DNA of 64,000 nt from Bilabrum cf. latius (lineage: Eukaryota), in assembly GCA_965178125.1 (NCBI GenBank), contig OZ237753.1, positions 248,001 through 312,000 of the forward strand. The letters run 5' to 3'. The notes below the pieces were generated by a model. That model saw nothing but the letters and a program-made list of their open reading frames with translations. It was not told the DNA's origin and made no database searches. A program made the position numbers and the translations under genes. Positions 38,601 through 49,800 of the stretch are shown here, in pieces. Position 1 is the stretch's first letter. The number at the start of each line of letters is the position of its first letter.

Positions 38601-41600
38601 GCCATCATGATCGTCGCTGGCGGGCAGTCCTCCGGCAAGGTTACCTTCACCGAAATTGCGCCAGTGTTCGGCCGCAACGGCCAGCAGTCGTTCGAAGGCC
38701 AGGAGTTCAGCCCGGCTGGTGGCGACGAGATCACGGTGGAGGCGTGCAACTTGAGGGATGGAGAAACCTCTGTGCTCGTGGGTGACACGGAGGCTACCTG
38801 CGGCAGCGTCTCGGTCATCTTCACTCCTACTAATAGCAACAACTCCGCGTGTGCCCAGCCCACCCACGCCATCACGTGCACCACGCCTCCTGGTGTCGGT
38901 GCCGAAGTGCCGGTGGTGATCAAGGTCGGTGCCCTCACTTCTGAGAGCATTATCACGCCAGGCACCGGTGGAAATTCTTCCAGGCGATTGTCAGCAGAGG
39001 TGAGTGCGTCCGTTACTCACGGCAGGCAGCTGTCTGCCCGTCGTGGGCGACGTCTGGCAATTTCGTGCGCGGACAGCGGTGCTCCATGCCTCACGTACGC
39101 GGCTCCGATCGTCCAAGAGGTGCTGTTTGCCCCTGAAGATACCAGCAATCCAGGCACGTATCTCGACTACCAGCGCGTGGACCGCGTAGTCGGTGGCACT
39201 GACATGGAGCTGGTCGTGCCGACGAGGCCTGGCATGGTCCGCATCGTGGGCATGAACTTTGGTCCCCGTGGCTCCATTGAGTTGGAGCCCCCCACGTCTG
39301 GCCCTTCTTTTGCAGCCGCCGTCCTGCCGCCCAACGTTGATACTCCCACGTGGTCCAACACGATGGTGACGTTCCGCAAGCACGGTGGAGAGGGCAGGGG
39401 ATTCCAGTTCAGGCTGTTCCAGGGACAGCCCAACACTGGCGATGACGTATACGGGGTGTAGGAACCCAGCTCGCCAGGACGAATCGACTTCCACCACAAC
39501 GCACCCGTCATTGGAGTTGCAAACCCCGCTCGCGTACCGACAACAGGCGGGTCCATTGTTCTGGCAGGTGACCACTTCGGTCGCTTCTAGCCTGGTACCG
39601 CTCTGCCCAGCGTGACTGTGTCTTGGCCTGGGGCGGCCACCGCGCAAACCTGCATGGTAACAGCGCCACTCTTGACTGAGGACTCTCACAGCGTCATACG
39701 ATGCGACGTGCCCGAAGGCCAGGGTGCTGACGTGGTGGTGACTGTGACTGTGGGTGGTATTGCGACCTCGTCGGCGCCAGGGGCTGCGTTCCGGTACAAC
39801 TTCCCCTTCCCGCGCGTGCTGTCACCCCCCACTGCCTCCACAGAGGGCGGCGAGAAGATCATTCTGCTTGGTGACGACTTCGGCATCTCGGGTGCCACTG
39901 TGGTGTTCTAGCGGCGGCAGTCGCCTGGTGCTCCGTTGGAGCAGCTAATCGTACCAACAATGAACGTGTCAGCCCACAACCATTCAACTATCGTGTTTGA
40001 TGTTCCAGAGGGGCAGGGGCTCGGTTGGAGCGTCGGTGTTCGCGTGGGAGATCAGTTCTCGCTGGACGATGCTGCACAACAGACCAGCCCACTTCTATTC
40101 GACTACGCCCCGCCTCGCGTGTTTGGGGTGCGTCCTGGCTCCGGCCGCACGATCGGTGGTTACGATCTTATCATTGAGGGATCCAGCTTTGGCGTCTCTG
40201 GCGCGCGTGCGCTGGTCGGGGGGCGGTCATGCGAGCTGCTGCCTCTGGGCGGTTCCCAGGCAGCAGCTGATGCCATCGCGAGCTCCGGTGGCGGTGGATT
40301 GCCGCCTGCAGCGATCCCTGGGCACTCACACACTCGTCTGGTGTGCTCAGCCCCGGCTGGCATGTTCCCGAACCAATCCGTGGTGGTCATTGCTGCCGAT
40401 GGCAGGTCCAGCTCTGCCGGGACTGTGTTCTTCCACTACGACCCGCCGGTCACGACTGGCGTATTCCCGAACCCGCCCGACGCCGAGGGTGAGGAGATCT
40501 CGCTGCTGGGCATCAACTTTGGCGTGACTGAGACGCCCGTCAGCATCAACGTGGGCGGGCTTGAGTGCGAAGACGCCGAGTGGCAGGCCGATGACGAGCT
40601 GACCTGCTCGCTGCCGAGGCACCGCGCGGGCTACAAGAACCTGACCGTGACTGTGGCAGGCCAGACGAGTCACTTCGAAGAGCGCGACTACCGCATCCGG
40701 CTGCAGCTCATGTGCGCCAAGGACTACTATGGACAGGACGGAGAGTACTGTCTACAGTGCCCCGATGGAGCCGAGTGCCCCGGTCGCCTTAACGACCCGT
40801 ACGCAATCGAGGGTTGGTACCAGCTGACGCATCAGAACGGCTTCTACGCACCAGATGAGGCTAATCCTGAGAACGAGGTCTGGACGTGGCAGCCTAGTGG
40901 TCGTTGCCATCCCGAGAGGCGACTTACTCGCACGAACTGCTCAGAGTTCGTCGCCTGCCAGCCTGCCGAGGCTTGTCTGGGCAACAACGTGTGTGCTGAT
41001 GGGTACGAGGGTGTGCGCTGCGCCTCTTGCGCTGATGGCACTCACTATCGCATCAACGGACTCTGCGAGGAGTGCCCTGACAACCCGTGGTTGCTGTTCC
41101 TTGCCCTGATCGCTGCCGCATGCGTGGCTGGTGGCGCTGCGTACGTGCTCAACTCCAAGAACGTGAACCTTGCGTTCATCAGCGTGAGTATTCTGTATTT
41201 CTGACCTGCATGCTGCATCCCAATTACATTTTCATACCAGTGTTTCCTATTTCATGTTTCTCTCTGGTGCCCTTCTCCGCTCGCAGATTGGAATCGACTA
41301 CTTCCAGGTGCTCGCTATCTTCGCATCGGCTCGTATTGCGTGGCCGAAGCTGATCCGACAGATGTTCCAGATCATGTCCGCCTTCAACCTCAACATCGAG
41401 CTAACGGCTCCAGAGTGCGTGGTGCCGTCGCTCGCGTACCAGGGCAAGTGGTTCGCGTTCATGGTGCTGCCGCTGCTGGTGGCAACCTTTTTTGGCATTC
41501 TTCACGTAGCTAAGCTCGCTTACAAGCGTTGCGTGCTTGGTCACACGAGCAACCTGAACGGGCACCTGCCGCAACTTATTTCCGTGTTGCTAGTGTTCGG

Positions 41601-43423
41601 ATACGTGGCGTGTGAGTTATCTCTCTATGGGTTCTTGCTTCTTACTGTCCTAGTATAGTTGTGCCCGTTTCAAACTTGCTACACTATTCGTCTCAATCGC
41701 CCACTTTTCCCTTTGTTTGTTCCTTGCAGACCTGATGTTGTCTCGCTTTACGCTCGACGTGTTCAACTGCCAGCGCATCGTGGGCGAGGATGGCAGCAAC
41801 CCCGACACGGCCAGGTACATGGGTGGCCAGACCGACATCGAGTGCTACGAGACCGGTGGGACGCATCTCACCCTTCTACCTTTTGCCATCATAGCACTGG
41901 CCGTGTACATCATCGCGTTCCCTGCATTTATCGGATACCTGCTGTGGAGCAACAAGGACATGGTCAAGCGCGACCAGCTGTCCCGCGCTCGCGACGAGCC
42001 CGAGACCAGGGAGCGTCTTGGTAACGATGGGTATGAGTTCCGCAAGAAGTTCTCGCGCATGTACCAGTTCTTCAAACCTGGCAAGTGGTACTGGATACTG
42101 GTGCTTTTCGCCCGCAAGTTCGCGCTGGCGCTGACTAGCCTCATGTTCGCCACGGTCCCGTCCTACCAGCTGGCCATGAGTCTGCTCGTGCTGTTCATCG
42201 GGTACACGCTGCAGACCAAGCACGAGCCCTACATGTCGCCCAGCGACCACAAGCTGGTGCTGGAGGAGCATGCCATGAAGGCACGCTACTCTGACGTGCA
42301 TGCAAAGATCGAGGCCCAGCACCGAAGCCAGATGCGCCGTAACCACGTTCGTTCTGCGCCGGCGGGCGGAAACGGCTGGTCCGCTGCATAGGCCCAGAAG
42401 CAGGCCAGTACCATGATTTCCTCTGCCAGTCTGTACTTCCTGTCGTACAATGGCCTGGAGAGCACGCTGCTGTTCTGCGCCGTGCTGCTGTGCCTGTCTG
42501 GCCTCATGTTCGAGAGCGACCGTTTCGCTTCATCGGGTCAGAACTCCGTGGAGCGTGATACGCTCACGTACCTTGCGCTGCTGATCATCTTCAGCTCGAT
42601 CGTCTACTGGCTTTCGGTAGTGTTCATTGAGATCTTCATCGTATTCCAGCCCGAAGCGGCCGCCAGCTGCTTCGGCGAGACGGAGGAGCAAAAGAAGCGC
42701 CGGGAGGAGAAGACCATGGCTGGTGTGAAGCAGGGCAAGACCGCTCGCAAAGCAGGCGTCACCAAGGATGGGGACTTCCAGATGGGTGCGGGTACTGCTG
42801 CTGGATTTGCACCCGAGTCAGGCAGAGACGGCGACGCTGATGCCCAGACCCAGTTCCACAACAACCCGCTCATGGCAAAGATGAGCATGCGAAGCGTCAA
42901 TGTGCCTGACCTGGATCCCAGCACTACCCGAAGCGTCGGGGGCTTGACACTCACTGACATTGTGCGCGGAGACAAACCACCTGCCCCTGAGCAGTGGGCC
43001 AGTGTGTAGAGCCTCGTGCAGGGCATTTTGAACGACAATGACGCCCTGCGCGCCGACCGTCTTGAAGCTGCCTTGACAGAGGAGCAGGCCAAGGTGCTAA
43101 GTGAAGGACGGGTCAAGGGGTCAAAGGGAGCCAGGCGAAAGTCTGGGATGACGTTCGCCCCGCAACGCACCAACATCGGTGCTGAAGGTGCTGCAGCCGT
43201 TGGAAGCGGCAGCGGGGCAAAGATGACAAACCCCCTTGCAGCTGCCCGTGGTAGTACAGCAGGGTCCACCACCTCCTCGACGTTCGGGCGAGCGCAAGGC
43301 CTGCGAGGGCTGCGGAAGGACCAGAAGTCGTCGATGGCTGCACGCAGAGCAGCAGCCAGTGCTGCGGCTAAGGTTGGGGCTGCGAAGTCAGCTCCCACAA
43401 CGCCAACTGGCGTTGAGCAGTGA
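17651..43423 (+). CDS. Giant cell-surface protein (~8,360 aa): signal peptide, Ig-like, fibrinogen-like, multiple LamG/pentraxin, Calx-beta, discoidin-like, Cys-rich repeat, ILEI-like, ~10 cadherin, IPT/TIG repeats, Cys-rich region, ~8-9 TM module, cytoplasmic tail
   Basis: ATG 17651 with signal-like MWHHVTAAVCLVAILSAHRASA. The frame is continuous through about 30 TAG and 7 GT-AG introns (spliced length 25,089 nt, divisible by 3); ends TGA TAA. LamG W.HV....LY.NG/F.G.ID motifs; cadherin PE, A.D.D, LDFE and D.N..P motifs; IPT C.T.PG.G motifs. Confidence 0.85.
26405..26510 (+). other. intron (106 nt), gene 3
   Basis: GTAAGC...CTCGCAG; accounts for the frame change between ORFs 25910 and 26460. 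Confidence 0.8.
27400..27485 (+). other. intron (86 nt), gene 3
   Basis: GTAAGT...TCTCGCAG, phase 1, AT-rich. Confidence 0.75.
27598..27690 (+). other. intron (93 nt), gene 3
   Basis: GTGAGT...ACCGCAG, phase 2; joins EASN|CGNLRTW. Confidence 0.75.
29050..29140 (+). other. intron (91 nt), gene 3
   Basis: GTGAGT...ACCGCAG; explains the apparent TGA stop at 29051. Confidence 0.8.
29392..29478 (+). other. intron (87 nt), gene 3
   Basis: GTGAGA...TTTGCAG, T-rich, contains an in-frame TGA. Confidence 0.75.
31643..35300 (+). repeat. about 10 tandem cadherin repeats (protein level)
   Basis: Linkers ANRPP, DANRPP, DVNEPP, NANDAP, DGNDPP, DMGDPP, NINEAP, EQNNAP, NINERP, DANERP, NVND, plus A.D.D and LD(F/Y)E motifs. 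Confidence 0.85.
35300..40680 (+). repeat. tandem IPT/TIG-like repeats (protein level)
   Basis: Recurrent ST.GG...I.G.N(F/L)G...C.V....I.C.T.PG.G...V.VG.Q...Y.PP units. Confidence 0.75.
41184..41286 (+). other. intron (103 nt), gene 3
   Basis: GTGAGT...CTCGCAG; joins AFIS|IGIDYFQV. Confidence 0.85.
41612..41729 (+). other. intron (118 nt), gene 3
   Basis: GTGAGT...CCTTGCAG; joins FGYVAY|LMLSRFTLDVFNC. Confidence 0.8.
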
Positions 43424-43884
43424 TAAGTTATACCGTTATGTGTATTGTGTTGCCTTTGTGTTGCAAATGAACGCTTTGCCGCATGTCGCACTAGAACCTC
43501 TGGCAGGATTCCTGGAGCAACACGCTGCTTACTGCAGTTCAGCATCGTAATTCGCGGTTCGACTCCGATCGCTGCATGTGTGGTGTGGCTGGCCCTTGAC
43601 TACTAGTTGATGGCCGGTCCTGCAGAACACAGCGGCATCGGTGCGCGTCGAGCCGCGCACGTTGCGTGCTCACAAGGCTACGGCAATACTATGAACTTGG
43701 TATCTTGATTGTTTATGTTTTGAAAGTTGTTATTCGATTAATTGATCAATACAACGATTAGTGAATGGAACACACTAAGTAGGATTGCTAGGCTTGCGAG
43801 GGGTACAGCAGGGTCCACTACCGCAACGTACATCTTCCGGCCCGCAACATCACTCCCCCTGCCCCCGCGTGCTGCCTGCGAATT

Positions 43885-46800
43885 TCAGTTGCCCTACCCG
43901 TCTTCACTCCTTGCATCAACATCCTGGTCCTGATCTGCTTCAGTATCATCAGAATAGTCGTCGGCACGCATGGCCTGCGGGTCAGCGTACCCAGCCTAGT
44001 CTCCGTTCGTCCAAGATGCATGGGAGGCAACCGGACTACGAGGCGCAAATTGTCCAAAATCCGGGGCCACAGCCCCTGCATGACTACCAGCGCCACTGAA
44101 AGCACCACGTGGGTCGGGCATGCTCACGTTGCCGTAATATTGAGGATGTTGTGCCGCCGTTCCGGCCTCTTCAGTGCCTCGCTTGATCGACCCCAAAATA
44201 ATTTGACCCAAGGAGCGCGCGAAGCTCTGAAGCTATTTCTCAGCATCCTCAGAGACACTGCGTATCAGGCTGCGGACGCCGTCAAGCTTTCGGCCAGCCT
44301 CTGCGGCCGCAGCTGCCTGCCGGAAAGGCTCGGCTTGTGAAGCCACACTCACTTCCCTTTGCTCCTGATGCGCCTACCGCTCTCGTAGGCTACCAAGCAT
44401 GCTGTCTCCAAGACATTCGATGAGATCTAGATCTTCTCTGTGAAGCCTTTGGCCCCATCGCTTCTGTGAAATGCCCTGAAGAGCTTCAACGGCCAAATGA
44501 CACAGGTTCGAGCTGGCGAAAATCACTACCCACGCCCGCGCTACCACACTTGTACTTTTCCACAGCCGGGCAATCGAATTCAAGCAGCAGGCCACGGTCT
44601 GCACGTCGGAATCAGACGGCCTACCGCCACTTGAACTCAAGCCAGCCGTCGCTGCGCGCAAATGGCCTACCAACTGCACATCCAAGTTCTTCGGCATGAC
44701 GGGCTTTCTTGCCGGTACCTCCTAACCCTAGCCCTTACCCTTGGCATACTAGACCGGTATTGGTGCCGGAGCGTAGCCTGGGCTGAGCCAGCGAAGCAGA
44801 CGATCCTGAGAAGCGCAGACCAGCGCCTTGCGATCTACGGCATGGATGCCCAGGTCCAGGTCGCCAGGTTTAGCGGACGGAGAGACGGCGGAAGCATCTG
44901 CAATAGCTTTGGCCGACGATCCGCCCGCCGAGTATTCGCTGGAAGCGACAAAGGAAGTACCAGGAGCCAGCGCGCTGACCGCAAACTATGACCGGACCGC
45001 TGCAGCTGCCGCTCCTTGCTTGCGCAACGCGACCGTAGCTTGGCGATCAGCAACGGACTTGGCTCCCGACACAGCGCTACTCTGCGGTTTCTGGGCCATG
45101 GCGGCTCTCAGAAGTGCAGGGTAGTCAATGGAAGGCTCCCTAGAATCAACAGCGCGCAGACCATTGCCACTATGGTTTGCTGCAAGCTTAAATCTCAGCG
45201 TAGCTTCCTATGGCAGGTCATCAGCGAGCTGCAAGAGCGGCCTTCGCTGACCATCCGAGCTTTGGTCGAATCCGAAAGCCTTGGCGAGTCGAAGTGCAGC
45301 GAACCCGTCTGGCTGCGCCGCAAATACTGCGCTGTAATCCAAAACAAATTGCCGGTCTTTGTTGCAACCGCCCTTCATTGCATTGAGTGCCCTGGCGATT
45401 CGTACCGAGGTGGCAGGGCGGGCCCAGGTGGTCGCCGATGTCAGCATCAGGAAGTCACGCGGGGAACAGAGCGGTCCTGTGTCTGGCAAACCTGACGTAG
45501 CAAGCAATGGACTCTGAACTACACAGAGCGCAAGCAATGGCGAGTGCATAGCCTGGCGACGGTCTTCAAATGGACGCAATGGGCACGGAGCTGGGCCAGA
45601 CTTGTTGGCTCCGCGAGCCAAGAAACCTACCAACTGCACATGCAGCTATTGAAGCTTTTCAGTAGTTTTACGGTTGCCGGCTAACTGCAAGGAAATCTTC
45701 GACAGTTCCCCGTACGCGCGCTCCGCAGCTTCGAGGTGCGCCAGGTATTTGACTTGCGCCATCAGCTTCGTACACGGACCTTTTTCTGTGGCACCCAGCG
45801 CACGTAAGATATCCTGGCCAACCTCTGTGGCCGATCTTTGGCTTGAACCAGACCTGTTGATGATTTTGAGAATGACCTGAGCTGGTCCGTTACCGACTTG
45901 CTACTCTGCCGCTCCAAAGCTTTGACAGAGCAAGCAGTAGACGGCATCTTCGAAGGCACTCTGAAGAGCCGATAGGATCTCCTTCTTCGTCTCCAGCATC
46001 CACGGCGCAACAACCCTCCGCGCCTTCACGGCGCGGCCGTTGGAAGAAATGCGTCGGGAAGCTCGTTGTTGGGAGGCAACGCTGGCAAATCCACAGAACG
46101 CAGCAAGCGAAGGCGCCACGCGCTCTACAGGAGAATCTGCAGATGAATACGTTTCTCCAGAGCATTCGATTCCTGCAGACCTTAGTAGGCGAACTGCTTC
46201 GGCTGCAATTCCACCTGCCGCAACTTTGTTAAGGCTCGAAGCCTCAGATTCGAGCAGTGCGGGGTCATGGGTATCAAGCCACCACTGATCTAGTCCAACA
46301 GCCGGAGGTTCTGGTGCCTAGCGGCTCGCTGCTGCGCCTGATGCAGCACTAGAACTAGCTGCAAGATTCCGCTCGCTGGGATCATTCTCGGGCTCTACAT
46401 CTTCGATGGTCGCATCATCAGAACCTGATTCTGGTGAGTCACTCAGCGATCCACTGGGTTCGTCAGCAACAGCTTGAACTCCCGGAGCTTCCTGGGGAGC
46501 TTCAGATTCGCCGTCGTTCGATTGGACGCCTGGTCTCAGAGTGCTCGATTTGGCACCGATAGCACTTTCAGGCAGTGACGCTGGCCCAATGCCGACGGAG
46601 CCCGGCATGCGCCCTGAAAGCAGTCCGACATGTAGCAGCGTCGTAAGCGGTTCATATGGCAGTTCAACGAGGGTGTTGTTGTGGTACCATGCATTCTGAT
46701 CGAACAACACCTGAGGCAGCAGCCCTAGGAAAGGAGTGTCTGGTGCCTGCTGAGGAAAACCGTTCCAGTCGTGCGTAAAAAATGCAGATCCTCCCTTGTA

Positions 46801-49800
46801 AGCGTCAAACTCTAGGAGAGCATGCAGCGCGACCAGAGGCATGTCAGCTGCAGTTGCAATCCTCCGCCATACTGGACCGCATCGGTAAGCCATGGTAGCA
46901 ATATCGGGTAAGTTCTTGAATACGCTGGGAGAAGTGACAGTCTGCCGCACCATCAGTACTGTTGAGGACACGTGCAGGCAAACACCTCTTGCAGCAACCA
47001 TCGCGCGCCCTGTCGTGCTAACTTCAGATGTTGCCATGCTCCCATCAGCCAATGTGTGGAGTAGTCCTCTTGCATGCGCAAGCCTTGCGGGATTAGCACT
47101 TGCTGGAAACTGACCATCTGCTATCATTCCTTTGGCCTCGTTGGTGAATTGGTTGAACAGCAAGTCACTGTCCGACATGCAGTCCTCTGGTAGCAACTCA
47201 GGTACCCCGTCGTCCGTGGGAAGGAGGCTGGACGCTGCGGCACCACAGGATCGCCCCGCTATCTAGTCGAGGAGAACACACGCAATAAACGGGCCTTTAC
47301 GCTTGTAATACAGAGCAGAGGCTTGGTCAAACCGGATAGATGTCTAGGAGCTAATCTGGTGGGCGCTTAACCCAATGAGAAGACTCGCCAAGGGAGACGC
47401 AGTAGTGCAGGCATTCAGAAGGGAACTGGCTCTGAATGGAGGGCTTGGGATACCCGTTCGGCCGGCAGCTGCGCCATCTGTCTACTTCGTAAGATATTTC
47501 GGGATCTGCTTCCAGTATGACTCTAATGCCGCGCCCAAGCTATCCTCGCCACGACACAACAGCGATTTAGAGTCATCTGCTCTCGAAATGTTGACTACGA
47601 CTACTTGTGCATCTGAGTCGCTGTCCGAAAAATCGATGCCCCCAGCACTTGCGCCTGCAGCCTATTCTGCAATGTCATCATCATCGCCATCCTGAGGTGG
47701 TTCATTACGCTCAATGAATTGCTTGCCAGCAGCCTCGCACCTGCGAAGCTCCTTGGCGTTGAAATCCTCAAAGAGTTTCAAGATGCTCGACTCGGTCACA
47801 GACTGAAAAAATCTGCAGCTCAAGATCTCGGCACATTCCTCGAATGGCACACCAATCTGCCGCAAAACCGAGCAAGCCGCAAACAGCCACTACTTACCCG
47901 ATCTAGGCATCCCAACTCGGTTGTAGTCCACGAGATGTAGCGAGGACATCGTGGACCCACGCAGGATCTGAGCACAGAAGTGCGCGTGGGCAACTTGCAG
48001 CAGCCCGCTTAGGCGACGGTCTAGCTGGATGACATCTGACGCACCATGTTCGATTTGCTGTACGGCCTATGACATGACTAGCGAGGCAACTCGGAGCAAT
48101 GACGGGAACTCAAGGTTTGTAATGACGTGCGTCCTATGCAGCTGTGCGGTTGCGCGGGCGACAGCAGCGGCGACATCGGTTGGTGCCATCGGCAAGACAG
48201 CCTACAGCACAGTGGAACCGGTGTCCTGAGAGGCTGACACAGATCCAGATGATGCTGCCCTGCGCACCTGTGGGGCAGATGTTGACTTTCTGCGGCGTTT
48301 GGAAGGCGGCGACAATGATGACTCCTGGGCCTCGGCTGAGCCCAATGGATCTGCGGGTGACTCCGCGGGCTCTTCCGCAGCGCTCCCAGCCTAAGCACTG
48401 ACGGATTGCAGGTAAGCTGCCGCTTCATCCCTGTCCATCCGATCATAAAGCAGCATCAAAGCGCTGCCGAGCCTGGGTAGCACCTTATTTCCGCTATAGT
48501 ACGTGCCTCCCTTGGAATCTTCCTGCACAACATCCCAACTCACCTCCTCGACCTTGTCATCGTCAAACCTGATCCACCTTCCGGCCTCGCCGTGTGTCCC
48601 TTCTGGAAACACAACGGAAGAGCCCAGCGGGAGCCTCTACCGTCTTGCAGCGGCATCCTCGGGTCGTTCACGAACGTAGCTGTAGTAGTGTCCGGAATTG
48701 GCAGTGCCTTTGTGAATGACGATACCGTGCAGTCGGAACACGCAGTCCAGGCGATCAAGCTTGGCAGCTTCCTAAGCGAACTCATCTAGCTCCACGTCCG
48801 CACCCTTGCCACGGAGGGCACTGGTCTTGCGCTCCTCCTCGAGCGTTCCAGAAAGCGTGTACGGCCACATGTCAAGCACCTCTGGAAAGGATACGGCGTC
48901 GTACTTCTTGTACCTCTAAAATGTCTCGTAGTTCAAACCGAACCGGTTCATGTGCAGGCAGAGCACACGGGGTAGCTTTGCAAACGTCTGGCGGCGTTCT
49001 GAGTCGACCTTCTTGCCTGCATACTTGTCACACGCGTAGGCATTGTCATCGACTAGCTGGTCAGGTTCGATGGACTTCACGAGAGCCTGCTCTACAGACG
49101 TCACGTTGTCGATGGTCAGTGAAACGGCAAAAAACTGCTCACCGCGCGACTTGTAGTGGGGATACTCAGGATCGATCCCCTTGATCTCCACGCAGTGCTA
49201 ACCCTCCATGATGCCGGATAGTAGGTTCTTGCCGGTGTGAACCGGACCGCTTGCAGCGGCTCCAGCCCCTGACGCGGGACCACGGATCTTCTCATTGACG
49301 CGCAAAGGCCGGTCCAACATTCGATCTTGGGACGCGTGTGTTGCAGCGCCGCTACCTTGGACCAGATCGGCCAGGCAAGTGACCTCATCGGGAAACGCCT
49401 CCCCGAGCCTGTCAGCAAGCCTCACAAGCAGCTCGTTTGCGTCATTTTGATCCTGAATGGGATGGTCCAGGAAGAACCACCCGCGGGGAACGTCTCGACA
49501 AGATTGAGCGAACGAATGAGAATCAAGAGCAGAAAGCGGTGCAGAGCATAGCATGGCTTGTAATTTCTAATACTCCCATCGCAGCCGCATCAGTTGAGCA
49601 GGAAACTTGTGTCGCTATAATACCGCCTGCGGAAGAGGCGCCGCTCGCATAGAACCATGGCGAATGATGGGAATCATAAACAGCTGCTGCAGCACGCTTA
49701 ACAAGTAGCAGTGCATTCCTGGATTAATCAAGCCAGCATACTCCGCCGTGCCGCGCCCATGCACACAACTCGGCGGAATGTCGATGGTAGGCTGGCCAAC

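Noticed and set aside
44721-44744. Telomere-like CCTAACCCTAGCCCTTACCC
   Set aside because: Only about three degenerate units; explained as KGKG*G*E codons of the USP gene.
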